Source: Octopus sinensis
Taxonomy: Eukaryota
NCBI RefSeq assembly: GCF_006345805.1
Contig: NC_042998.1
Span: 182,156,001-182,220,000, forward strand
Length of the DNA stretch: 64,000 nucleotides
Reading direction: 5' to 3'
The position numbers and the translations under genes were made by a program. This document shows, one piece after another, positions 1-11,825 of this stretch (within the stretch, counting starts at the first letter, position 1; every line of letters starts with the position of its first letter). The notes under the pieces are model-generated. The model was not told where the DNA came from, searched no databases, and saw nothing but the letters and a program-made list of their open reading frames with translations.

Positions 1-182
1 TGTGTGTGTGTATATATAAATTAATCAAAGGACATACTAAGTATGTCTACCTGCTGGAAATTGCAGTCAAAACTCTTATTTAAATCGCCAAAATATAATG
101 ATAATAACTACAGAAATCAACCGTCCGAAGGCAAACGGGCTAAGACAATCTCTCAGCATACATTCAAGTATTTGGACTCACG

Positions 183-228
183 TGGACCGGTTTCCGGTCT
201 GGCATAATAGTCTCACCTTCTTCAGCAC
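183..228 (-). ncRNA. Minimal type-I hammerhead-ribozyme-like motif (near-canonical)
   Basis: Minus strand reads GTG-CTGAAGA-A-GGT..ACC-G-GAAA-CCGG-TC-CAC: core, stem II, palindromic stem III (ACCGGT), GUC site, 3-bp stem I; one extra G before GAAA. Confidence 0.5.
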
Positions 229-519
229 TTGTTACCATGATAGAGACCACCCAACTGCAGCTGATTTGTTTTGCACCGAATCATAGCAACCACCAGTGTG
301 AAAATAATTTCAATACGGAGCAAATAATATACAAGAAAATAATTTGCGAAGATATCATTGACTCTGTTATTTTCTAGTGTAACAATTTAAAAATCAATAT
401 TTGCTCCGTATTGTTATATATATATAACAACCAGTACCTAACACAACAAAGCTTTTACATGTTACTTTTGACAATCTTTTTCTAAAAAGTGAAACCGGTC
501 AACTGAATAAACATCTTTT

Positions 520-705
520 AAAATTGGATTTTCAAACCTTCCCTTCTCTGGATCTTTCATTTTCCTATGTTTCTGACGAAGAGCTCCGCTCGAAACGTTA
601 AACTCTCCTTCTTCCTTTCCTTCCTGAGCGTCCAATAATACTATATTTGTTCCACGTCCTCACGTTGTTGTGTTTGCTCTTTGTGTTTTCATGTTTGGAT
701 TAACT
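520..705 (+). mobile_element. Penelope-like pLTR-derived short repeat with hammerhead motif
   Basis: Contains the hammerhead at 569-603; shares TTCCTGAGCGT..TAATAC with the P2 family; ends in a (TA)n tract. Confidence 0.55.
569..603 (+). ncRNA. Minimal type-I hammerhead ribozyme motif, intact core
   Basis: GTTT-CTGACGA-A-GAGC-TCC-GCTC-GAAA-CG-TT-AAAC: stem I GTTT/AAAC, stem II GAGC/GCTC, palindromic stem III AACGTT. Confidence 0.7.
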
Positions 706-727
706 ATATATATACATATATATATAA

Positions 728-922
728 AGGGAAAGCTTACGAAAATAAACAAAAGACGAAGGCAGGTGGAGTACAAACAAACAAATGTATTAGTATAGCG
801 CTCAGGAATAGAAAAAGTCTTTTACGTCTCGAGCCTACGCTCTTCGACAGAAAGAGTCACAGAAAAAAACAAGGAGAGAAACAAGGAGAGAAAAAATGCG
901 TGTAGGAGCTAACGATCTATCA
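728..922 (-). mobile_element. P2 short repeat (Penelope-like), copy 1
   Basis: Highly similar to 1519-1693, 7873-8054 and 38268-38464; variant hammerhead at 819-854. Confidence 0.7.
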
Positions 923-925
923 TGG

Positions 926-1130
926 CGTAGGACGTATGACCTAGTGGTTAAGGTGTTGCACTCATGATCGTGAGATCGTTGCTCTGCGATCACTTTGACA
1001 CCTGGCACGTGGCACACCTTGCACCTGTTCAGGCAACGTCGGTTTGATGGAGAGAGCGAGCTTATGTACAGCACATACATTTGATCACAAATCGTTTGTG
1101 CAGGTTGTTCAGCTAAAAAACTGAACACTC
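926..1130 (+). mobile_element. Diverged tRNA-headed SINE fragment
   Basis: A-box-like GACCTAGTGGTTAAGG head similar to the SINE-D heads; rest degenerate. Confidence 0.35.
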
Positions 1131-1155
1131 ATACATCGTGTTCGACGAGAGAGTT

Positions 1156-1205
<50 letters not shown>

Positions 1206-1433
1206 GATAAAAAATTGCAGAAGGATGACAAAGGAACATCAGTTATCGTCCCAAAATTATAACGATTTCGAGCCTTTAACGATAAGATTGTTCAATTTGA
1301 TGACGTCAACAGCAAATAGCTGCTGGGATAAGTGAGCCAACGTACAGGACGGTGGTGAAAACAAGCAAATGATAAACGACGAAAGAATAAGATAAGACAT
1401 AATGAAAAACGACACAGGTAGTTGGAAGATCTC

Positions 1434-1436
<3 letters not shown>

Positions 1437-1518
<82 letters not shown>
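1437..1518. repeat. (TA)n-(GA)n compound microsatellite
   Basis: Direct inspection. Confidence 0.95.
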
Positions 1519-1693
1519 TTTACGAAAAAAAAAAAACAAAAGACGAAGACAGGTTGTGTAGAAAACAAACAGATGTATTAGTATAACGCTCAGGAATAGA
1601 AAAAGTCTTTTACGTTTCGAGCCTACGCTCTTCTACAGAAAGGGACACTGAAAAAAAACAAGGAGAGAAAAAATGTGTGTAGTGGCTAACGAT
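1519..1693 (-). mobile_element. P2 short repeat, copy 2
   Basis: Family similarity; variant hammerhead at 1607-1642. Confidence 0.7.
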
Positions 1694-2310
1694 CTCTCTC
1701 TCTCTCTTTATATATATATATATATATACACATATAAATAAAGGGTATACATACAAATAAAGTCTATTGGACATCATTGAAACAAAGCATGTGTAGAAGT
1801 AACGATAATGGAAAATGATGTCCTATTGGACTAGAAGAGGAAAATTGAGAGATAGAAAGAAAGGTGGAAAAATATGGCGAGTCAAGGGCTGGGGGGTAGA
1901 TGCTAAAGCGAGAACCCAAGAGAGCACGACTGAATAGGTCAGCGGACAAACAAGATAAGGAAGGGCGAAAGGAAAAATATGTACACATACGCGCACGCGT
2001 ACATATGAATTATGTGTACATGTGGATGTACAAATGCTGCTGTTATATTCAGAGCCCCATATAGATTTTCATAATCCAGTCTGTCCTCTGTATAGTTGTT
2101 GATTACCCTACTACACTTAGCAGTATTACTAGTTATGTGCTACAGAGTAAATGTAGGGAAATGGAACTTTAATATAAACTTGCGATTATCCTTATTTTTC
2201 CGTGAGTGTGTGTATGTTTGTATATATATGTGTGTGTATGTGTTTATATATACATATCTGTGTGTTTATATATACACGCATATATATACATATGTTTAGA
2301 TACACAAATA

Positions 2311-2734
2311 GGCGTAGGAGTGGCTGTGTGGTAAGTAGCTTGCTTACGAACTACATGGTTCCGGGTTCATTCCCACTGCGTGGCACCTTGGGCAAGTGTC
2401 TTCTACTATAGCCTCGGGCCGACCAAAGCCTTGTGAGTGGATTTGGTAAACGGAAACTAAAAGAAGCCCGTCGTATATATGTATATGTATACATATGTGT
2501 GTGTGTGTGTGTGTGTGTGTGTTTGTATGTCTGTGTTTGTCCCCCCAACATCGCTTGACAACCGATGCTGGTGTGTTTACGTCTCCGTAACTTAGCGGTT
2601 CCGCAAAACTGACCGATAGAATACATACTAGGCTTACAAAGAATAAGTCCTGGGGGTCGATTTGCTCGACTACAGGCGGTGCTTCAGCATGGCCACAGTC
2701 ACATGACTGAAACAAGTGAAAGAGTAAAAGAGTA
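2311..2734 (+). mobile_element. tRNA-derived SINE family A, full length
   Basis: A/B-box-like head (GGCTGTGTGGTAAG, GGTTCATTCCC), internal (TG)n, (GTAAAAGA)n tail; many copies in the window. Confidence 0.85.
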
Positions 2735-2736
2735 TA

Positions 2737-2780
<44 letters not shown>

Positions 2781-3201
2781 ATTTCTAAACAAGAAGTTGT
2801 GATAGTCATACATTTCTCAAGAATAAGAACAGTATCTTGAAGCGGGTACAAAGCATCGAAATGAAAACGGATTATGGTGGAAGTCAGATTATTACTTTGT
2901 GAGAGGTATCGGTCAGTTGTGCACTTGAATAACTTTAGGAAGAGACATCTGTCGTAAATCTCATCAAAACACTTGTCAATACAAAGAGTAAATGTGCGCT
3001 CTCATCAAAATTTTCTCTATACAGAGATAGCAATCATCTATCTAGGTGTGGCGACATACACCTGTAAATGACAGGCGAAACTTACAAAAGGTTGCCGTTC
3101 TGATAGCAATCAATATCCCCCCACATACACATACATGGGCTCAGGGCTGATGCAGACAGATTATTATATAAGGTAGCAGGCACGACATGATACAAATAAC
3201 T

Positions 3202-3434
3202 TATGGCAGCGAGCTAGCAGAAACGTTAGCACGCCAGGCAAAATGCATAGCCGTATTTCGTTTGCCGTTACGTTCTGAGTTCAAATTCCGCCAAGGTCGA
3301 CTTCGCCTTGCATCCTTTCGGGGTCGATTAAATAAGTACCAGTCACGCACTGGGTCGATGTAATCGACTTAATTCGTTTGTCTGTCCTTGTTTGTCCCCT
3401 CTGTGTTTAGCCCCTTGTCGGTAGTAAAGAAATA
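3202..3434 (+). mobile_element. tRNA-derived SINE family B with 13-bp TSD
   Basis: B box GAGTTCAAATTCC; TSD GATACAAATAACT at 3189-3201 and 3435-3447. Confidence 0.9.
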
Positions 3435-4699
3435 GATACAAATAACTAGACTATTTGACTTTAAAGCATTTAATTGCAAATTTCTGCTTTCTGAGTTCAA
3501 ATCCCGTCTCAGTCGGGTTTGGTTTTTTTTAGCTCTCCAGGATCAATGAAATAAATGCCGGCAACTGAAACCTATGAAGTTATGCGTTTAAAACTCCTCA
3601 ATTAAAACGTGTCTGTGTCTACCTCAAAACGGTCCTAATATCATAAGTGATACTATTGTGATTTGAGAATGCAATGGTAACCTGTAGTGCTTGAGGTATT
3701 AATTTCATTTAGTATGTAATCATATCGGCATGTGTCCATAAATATCTAAGACTATTGAAATAGCTTGATAATTAGTGGGGTTAAATGAACAGCATAGGAT
3801 TTCAGAAAACAGTTGGCTGTGTTGTACGCTTTCCTATAATTTCAGTTGATACTGTAGTCTTCTACTCTACTGGTGCCATAAATATATCTTACCTAATTCT
3901 ATATTGTAGATCGTATTTCTTATGCTGTTTGGGATGGAGTCTGATAGAAATAGAAGGTAGGTAAAAAAGGAAAGTATTATTCTTATAAATATTAACACAG
4001 AACTTAGCAAATGGCAAAATAAAATTAATCAACTTTTCCTATAATCGTTTGCATGGTATCTTATTGGTTTTAAGTCTAGTGTACAAATATATGTAGAAAG
4101 TGGGACATACGAAACTAAAATAGACTGCCTTAGTACTAAGATAAGTAAGGGTCATAATATATATATATATTTAGCTTTAAAGTAAGTAAACACTTAGAAC
4201 TAATTTAATGTATTTTTCTGATTAGAAAAATGGTTTCTCTTAATCCAGAACAAACAGGAGGTAGATTAGAAAACAAATTCTGAGTTGATGGTGTAGAGGT
4301 GAAAGCGTGTCAATCGAAAGTGTCCCCCTTTTTTTTTTGTTAAATCTGGATAGAACACACCCCAGTAGGGTTTGAATAAAGAATAATGTAGTACATAGGA
4401 ACATACTTATTACTGGCATTTATTTCCATTGACTTTAATGAGGTATAAAACGAACAAAATTTAAACTTAGAAGAATAAGATATGGAACCAGAAATCTCTA
4501 ACTTGAAAATGAACACATTTTACCATCTGTGGCAATATCTTCGTCGGTATCAATCGATTACTGAAACGGGGGATCATTAAAATGAACCTAGCTAATTTAT
4601 AAGTATAAACGTTGTCTGAGACATCAAAATTACCTCTTGGTGGCATATCAATATAATCAAACGCCTATTCATTAATACTGCTTTACACGAATGAGTTTC

Positions 4700-4850
4700 C
4701 TCTTCATACAAATTTAAATTCTCGACGATCTTCAACCGCTGCTTCATCAATAAGCCTTATTTATTTCCTCCTCGCTTCTTTCATATTAACAATGGCCACT
4801 GTCCATCAGATTATGCTGACTTGTTTATCCCATCTAAGCCTTGTTTTGAT
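4700..4850 (+). pseudogene. Highly decayed LINE ORF2 C-terminal fragment
   Basis: Frameshifted LQPLLHQ..NNGHCPSDYADLFIP resembles LINE C-terminal LQPLxHRR..GxCSxEL; no other copy to confirm. Confidence 0.35.
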
Positions 4851-5266
4851 TTTGATTTCACCATTTTCCCCCATCCCTATTTCTTCTAACCTCCCAGACC
4901 CCATACATACATATATTTCCACTTCTTTTTCTAGATGCGATGTTTTTCTCTAATTTTTAAACTTTAAAAAAATCGAAACTGATCAATTATGCATATCTCT
5001 TTATCTAGAAAAATGTATGAAAAGTTATGGATGTATTCCTCATTCTTGAATTTAAAATAGTAATACTTTCTGATTTAGATACAAGGTCAGATATTTTGAA
5101 GAGAGGAATTAGTGGATTCCATCGATCCCAGTACTTGACTGATATTTTAATACATCGACCCTGAAAGAGTGGTGTAGTCTCCTGTCAATAACTAGCTGTA
5201 AGTGGTTTTTATCATTGAGTGGCAGATATATATTCGAAGGAAAGAATGAACAGACAAAACAGCTGC

Positions 5267-5590
5267 TATCACATTAGAGCATGGAATTTATAATTCAAAC
5301 ATAATTGTAGAGATGTTAGAGAAAAAGGTATCATAAAGTCCCTTACAGCTGTTTCTAGAATAGCTGGACGACGGGACTGGTAGCTACTAATATCCTTTAT
5401 TGAGAATATTCCTTAATTCTTCCTCGCTGAAGACGGTATAATTGGCTTATATATGGAAATATTTGCTTGCTAAGATTTGCGCCATATGCACAGCTACTCT
5501 AGAAACAGCTGATAAGATACCTTATGATACCTTTTACTCTAATAAATGTACAATTATGTTAGAATTATAAATTCCATGCTCTAAATGATA
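5267..5590. mobile_element. MITE-like element with about 100-bp imperfect inverted repeats
   Basis: 5267-5366 is the imperfect reverse complement of 5491-5590. Confidence 0.65.
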
Positions 5591-5860
5591 CCACATGTTT
5601 GCCTATTCACTCTTTCTAATATGTGTGTGCGTGTGTGTGTGTATTTATGTGTGTGTGTGTGTGTATCCTAGCAACCAATATCCGGTCCTGCTCGAGTTTA
5701 TAGTAGACATCAGACAAAATTTCACAACGCCTTTTTTACCTTCTCCTCCAGAAACTATGTTGTTATGCAAAATTTCAGCTACTTAGGCACAAAATATTGT
5801 CTAAAACTAATCTAAATACACAGATTCACTCTTACACACACGCACGCACACACGCACACG

Positions 5861-5899
<39 letters not shown>

Positions 5900-6465
5900 A
5901 CACACACACACACACTTACACTATATGCGCAGATACATACACAAAATATGCTCACGCATTTATTTACATGTTGGCATTAATACGAAGTCGTGTGTTTCTA
6001 TGTTTGCTTACGATGCATGAGATGAATACTTAGGAAATGCAATTAAAGTGAAGTGTATACATATATATATATATATATATATATAAATATTCAACATCAG
6101 AAAACAAATCCCTTATAAAAAAATGCCAACAACAGCGCAAACATTCAACAATAATAAAGCGAAAAGAAGCTAGAAGACAAAATGCAATGATACACTGAAA
6201 GAATGTTGAAACGCAATACTTGTACTTTGGTTCAACTGAGGAGGTGCCATTCCTAGTGGAAGGGTTGTTAAAGTAAACATGTGTTGTTTATTTGTCGCTT
6301 TGAGCTATATTATAGTGTGTGTGTGTGTGTGTATAGGTCTGCATATTTGTACGTGTCTAGTAAAATGTGGAGAAAAAAAAAATTACCCTTAAGTCATTCA
6401 TATCAAGCTATTTTCAGATATGATTTTGACGTGAATGGCAAGAGAAAGTGTAGTGTAAGCCGACC

Positions 6466-6475
6466 GAGTACACAC

Positions 6476-6539
<64 letters not shown>

Positions 6540-6543
6540 TACA

Positions 6544-6579
<36 letters not shown>

Positions 6580-6643
6580 TATGTGTGTGTGTATATATAT
6601 ATGGATAGATAGATACATATATACGTACATACATACTTAGACA

Positions 6644-6677
<34 letters not shown>

Positions 6678-6787
6678 AGGTATGTATATGTATGTCTACA
6701 AATACATAAGCACATACAAATATACACACATACATACAGTTGATACATAAAGACCAATAGATATAGATTCAAAGAAACCAATGAGTA

Positions 6788-6826
<39 letters not shown>

Positions 6827-6852
6827 ACACACACACCACACACACACACACA

Positions 6853-6888
<36 letters not shown>

Positions 6889-6952
6889 TATGTGTGTGTG
6901 TATATATATATGGATAGATAGATACATATATACGTACATACATACTTAGACA

Positions 6953-6984
<32 letters not shown>

Positions 6985-7092
6985 AGGTATGTATATGTAT
7001 GTCTACAAATACATAAGCACATACAAATATACACACATACATACAGTTGATACATAAAGACCAATAGATATATAGATTCAAAGAAACCAATG

Positions 7093-7135
<43 letters not shown>
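6466..7135. repeat. Tandem duplication of a 309-317-bp microsatellite-rich unit
   Basis: GAGTACAC unit starts at 6466, 6783 and 7092; unique parts appear identical. Confidence 0.85.
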
Positions 7136-7137
<2 letters not shown>

Positions 7138-7489
7138 GCACACTAACATTTGCATATGGATACATAGATATCTTCGAAGATGTTTGGGATTTAATGAAAA
7201 CTGGAGAGTTTGATCTTAGAGTGAGAGAGAAGGCAGAGATGAAACAGCCAAGGTAGATTAACAACGTGTTCTCTCTGCAGACTTGTGTTAATGGTAATTT
7301 AGACAGGTACTTAGAAAGGCATCAATAAAAAAAAATGGGGACGGCTTTCGTTGGGTGAGACAGGGGTGGTGACTGTACATAAGACGATTTAACTTACATG
7401 AGTAATAATTTTTAATATCATGAAACACTCTACCGCTATCATCATATTTTACTCACTTGCCTTCTCTGTTGTAATTATTATTCTTGTTA

Positions 7490-7491
7490 AT

Positions 7492-7523
<32 letters not shown>

Positions 7524-7545
7524 TCATCACCATCATCACCATCAC
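7490..7545. repeat. (CAC/CAT)n trinucleotide repeat
   Basis: Direct inspection. Confidence 0.9.
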
Positions 7546-7872
7546 CTTCTTCTTCCTCTCGACTTAAACTATCACACGTTCATAATCGTATTTGTACTTA
7601 TAAACTTGTACTTATAAATTAGGAAAAAATTTGATGCAGACTCTCTGCTCAACTTTCTCTGCCATAGCCAATGCGAACGATCCCACGCTACACACGTTAC
7701 TTCCAAGTACTGCTGTAAGCAGCGTACGTGAGTTAGAACGTCAAAATTTAGTGAGCATGCACAGCAGAGTTTAAGGTCAATCTGTACGAAGTAACTTTAC
7801 ACTACGTACTTTAGCTTTGTTACTATAGCAACAGTCCAGATACTTATTGACAAGACCACGTGTTAGCAGTTA

Positions 7873-8052
7873 GATAGTTCGTTAGCCACTACACACATTT
7901 TTTTCTCTCCCTGTTTTTTCTGTGTCCCTTTCTGTAGAAGAGCGTAAGCTCGAAACGTAAAAGACTTTTTCTATTCCTGAGCGTTATACTAATACATCTG
8001 TTTGTTTTGTACACCACCTGTCTTCGTCTTTTGTTTTTTTTTCGTAAACTCT

Positions 8053-8054
<2 letters not shown>
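7873..8054 (+). mobile_element. P2 short repeat, copy 3
   Basis: Family similarity; variant hammerhead at 7928-7963. Confidence 0.7.
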
Positions 8055-8116
<62 letters not shown>

Positions 8117-8132
8117 GTACATACATACATAC

Positions 8133-8163
<31 letters not shown>

Positions 8164-8679
8164 TTCTAACATAAGGATTTAGTTTTATTAAAAATTTTAT
8201 CAGTGGCAAGCATATGAAAAATATTCCAAATATAGTTCATAGATTTAAATAATATAGAATAATGGAATCCTATATTGATAAGCATTTATAGATAACTCTT
8301 CTTCTCTTCAGTAATATCAAATGTGAAATTTGTATAATTTTACGAATGGTAGTTTTTTGTAAAATTTATGAAGTAATATGGGAAAATGGTGTTTGTTTGA
8401 AATATAAATTAAAAATTACGGCTTTTGATTTTGGTAAGTACACCAAAATCAAGTACATATGTGCAGCACAGAATTTTGTCAGTGAACAGGTCGCGGTCTC
8501 AAAGCGACGAAAATATTTTGACAAATTAAATTTAAATGTTGAAGTGAATCTAACGGTTTTTGTGTGTTTCTTAAATGGCTTATAAACACCTTCCACGCTG
8601 CAATTGTTTTCGTTCCAGCACACGATCTCAGATCAGTTCACTTGCTATGCAAGTACATCTCCGTAATATATATATATAT

Positions 8680-9005
8680 ATGTCTCAGTGGTTAGAGCGT
8701 CGAGCTTACGATCATGAGGTTGTGAGCTCGAATCCCGGACCGGGCTGCGTGTTGTGTTCTTGAGCAAGACACTTTATTTCACGTTGCTCCAGTTCACTCA
8801 AATGTAGAAATGAGTTGCGACGTCACAGGTGCCAAGCTGTATTGGCCTTTGCCTTTCCCTTGGATAACACTGGTGGCGTGGAGAGGGTAGGCCGGTATGC
8901 ATGGGCGACTGCTGGTCTTCCATAAACAACCTTGCCCGGACTTGTGTCTAGGAGGGTAACTTTCTAGGTGCAATCCCATGGTCATTCATGACCGAAGGGG
9001 GTCTT
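8680..9005 (+). mobile_element. tRNA-derived SINE family D
   Basis: Head CTCAGTGGTTAGAGC..GAGCTCGAATCCC; matches the reverse complement of 51355-51632. Confidence 0.8.
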
Positions 9006-9031
9006 TATATATATATATATATATTATATAT

Positions 9032-9077
<46 letters not shown>

Positions 9078-9131
9078 ATATATCATGTACATATAGCTAC
9101 TTGTTTATTTAAAATATTTTCAAAGCTTTTC

Positions 9132-9533
9132 TATATATCTTTCCTCGCTTCAGTCATTAGCCTGCGGCCATGCTGGGGCACCTCCTTGGAGAATTTTTAG
9201 TCGACGAATCGTTTTATAAACCTGGTACTTATTCTATCGGTCTCTTATTGCCGAACCGCTAATTCATGGGGACGTAAGCATACCAACACCAGTAGATTTG
9301 CGGTGGTGAGGGACAAACACAATCGCTAAGACACACCCACACCCACACGCCCACATATATACAACGGGCGTCTTTCAATTTCCGTCCACCAAATCCACTC
9401 ATAAGGTTTGGTCAGCCTGAGGCTATTGTAGAAATACTTGCCGAAGGTGCCACGCATTGGGATTGAACCCGGAACCATGTGGCTGGGAAGCAAACTTCTT
9501 ATCATACACCCACGGCTGCACCTATAACAAAAC
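9132..9533 (-). mobile_element. SINE family A (diverged) with 14-bp TSD
   Basis: TSD TTTCAAAGCTTTTC at 9118-9131 and 9534-9547. Confidence 0.8.
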
Positions 9534-9554
9534 TTTCAAAGCTTTTCCCAAAAG

Positions 9555-9845
9555 GGCGCAGGCATGAGTGTGTAGTTAGGAAGTCCGTTTTGCAACCACA
9601 TAGTCACGGGTTTGGTCCCATCACGTAGATCTTCGACAAGTGTCTTCTACTATAACTCCCGGGCCGACCATTGTTTTGTGAGCAATTCTTTAGACCGCAT
9701 ATATATGTGTGAGTTTTTAGTGTGCGTGCATGTGCTCCAAACCACTTGAAAACCAACATTGGTTTGTTTACGTCTCCCTAATGCGGTACCCCACCGTAAC
9801 TGCAATCCAGTGACTGAAACTAATAAAAGAAAAAAGACAGAAAAT
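9555..9845 (+). mobile_element. SINE family A-like, diverged
   Basis: Head and body (CAAGTGTCTTCTACTATA..GGGCCGACC) similar to family A. Confidence 0.6.
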
Positions 9846-10009
9846 AACATATGCATCTAGGTATGGCTACACGATTAAGAAGTTCGTTATGCAACAAGGT
9901 AGTTTCGGGTTTGATTTCACCGGGTGGCGCCTTGAACAAGATCTTTTACCATATCTTCGGAATGACCAATATCTTTTGAGGGGTATTTGGGTGCCGGAAA
10001 TTGTGCGGA

Positions 10010-11345
10010 CCCAGGAAGGATAATTGAGATACTCAGTGGACAATTTAAAAGTGTTTTCCCTCCCTACCCCCCTGGACACATGCAGATAAAAAACCCGGCT
10101 GAATTCTTTGATATTGCAGCTCTAAAAAAGGAGATGCTAACTATCGATTGCAACAACATTGAGGAGACAGATGTAACAGCAGCCATAGATGAAATAAGCT
10201 CATGCTCCGCAAATGGTCCTGATGGCTTCCCAGCTATTCCCCTGAAGTCATGTAAGCGGCCTTTAGCGAAACCACTTCAGATATTTTCCCAAAGTTTCCT
10301 TGCAAGTGGTAAACTTCCTAAAAAGATGAAAGAAGGCATTATATGCCCTATCCACCTTGGTGGAAGCAGAGCAGAGGCCTAAAACTACAGGCCAACCTAT
10401 CTCACTTCATATATCAGTAAAGTCATCGAGCGAATCATCAGAAAGAAGAAGTTGATGATATTCCTAGAAGGAAATAACCTACTGAACAATACACAGCATG
10501 GCTTCCATCTAGGAAGAAGCTGCCTCACACAACTCCTACAGCACTATGACTAGGTTTTGAAACAGCTGCTTGAACATTCAGCTGTCAGCGTGATATACTT
10601 TGACTTTTCAAAGGCATTTGATAAGGTAGATTATGGCATGATATCTCATAAGCTACAAGACCTTAACATTACTGATAAACTGGGAGAGTGGCTGCATGAC
10701 TTCCTTAAAGACAGAAGTCAGGTAGTTGCAACCAATGGTGTCCTTTCTGAGGAAACTTAAATCCTAAGTGGCGTCCCCCAGGGAACTGTTTTGGAGCAAT
10801 TACTGTTCATAATAGCCCTCTTGGACATGCTCACGGTCACTCGGAAAGCCACTGTCACTAGCTATGCCGATGATACATAATTATCACAGTCAATAAAAAC
10901 CCAAGGTGACGTCGCAAGCTTACAGCGGGACCTGAATTTGATATGCAAGTGGGTCGAAATAAGCAACATGCAGTTTAATGCTGGAAAATTTCAAGCACTG
11001 CACTATCAGCTCACGAATGCACTACAGCCTGCATATACAGGACCAGAAGGCACTACAATCACAGTCACAGGCAGTGAAAGACTTGGGGATCAGTGTGTGT
11101 AATGACGCATCATTTTATATGCACATTACCAATATGGCAGCGAAGTGCAGTCAACTGGAAGGATGGATACTGAGGTTCTTCAAGAAACGAGACCAAGAAA
11201 TTATGTTGACCCTGTGGAGAATCTTTGTTCTCAGCCGCCTAGACTAAAAAGATTGAAACAGTGCAGCGGATAAGCTACAGGAGTGGCGATGTAAAACACC
11301 CCAGACTTAGGAATCAGAAAGACCACAGCGGTACTCCATCATGAC
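10010..11345 (+). pseudogene. CR1-group LINE reverse transcriptase, multiply disrupted
   Basis: Motifs GPDGFP, KNYRP, QHGF, YFDFSKAFDKVD, GVPQGT, YADDT (10863-10877) across stops and frameshifts. Confidence 0.85.
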
Positions 11346-11439
11346 CGCAGTCCCATTGTTGAAAATAATAAAAGAATATATATATATATATATAAACACA
11401 CACACACACACACACACACATATTTAAACACACCCACAC

Positions 11440-11513
<74 letters not shown>

Positions 11514-11689
11514 GTATTTATGTACTATGTATACATTATTTACATGTGTTTGCGTGAGTTTGCATATGTGTATATGATCATCAACAAAGGGTCAAAGTTC
11601 CTCTCTGAGCCATAGACCCATAAAGCATCCCGGATTATATATATATATATATATATACACCCACTAACCTCGGCAGGACGTAGGTTCGA

Positions 11690-11825
11690 TGCAGGATTAC
11701 AATTTTTGAGTAGACTTGAGTAACGTGAAATGAAGTATTTTGCTCAAGAATACAACGTATCGCCCGGTCCAGGAATCGAAAATACAATCTTATGATTATG
11801 AGTGCACTAGTCAGTAAGCCACGAT
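11690..11825 (-). mobile_element. Diverged SINE-D-like head
   Basis: Reverse complement resembles GGACCGGGC..GTTCTTGAGCAA..TTTCACGTT of family D. Confidence 0.45.

Noticed and set aside
311-413. 16-bp perfect inverted repeat
   Set aside because: No TSD and no second copy; too little to call an element.
2311-2400. tRNA-like heads as tRNA genes
   Set aside because: No complete cloverleaf; they continue into multicopy SINE bodies, some with TSDs.
6398-7264. 288-aa ORF and the many YIYI/THTH/CVCV ORFs
   Set aside because: Translations of dinucleotide and tetranucleotide microsatellites, which lack stops in some frames.
7420-7617. Poly-His ORF
   Set aside because: A (CAC/CAT)n repeat with no coding context.
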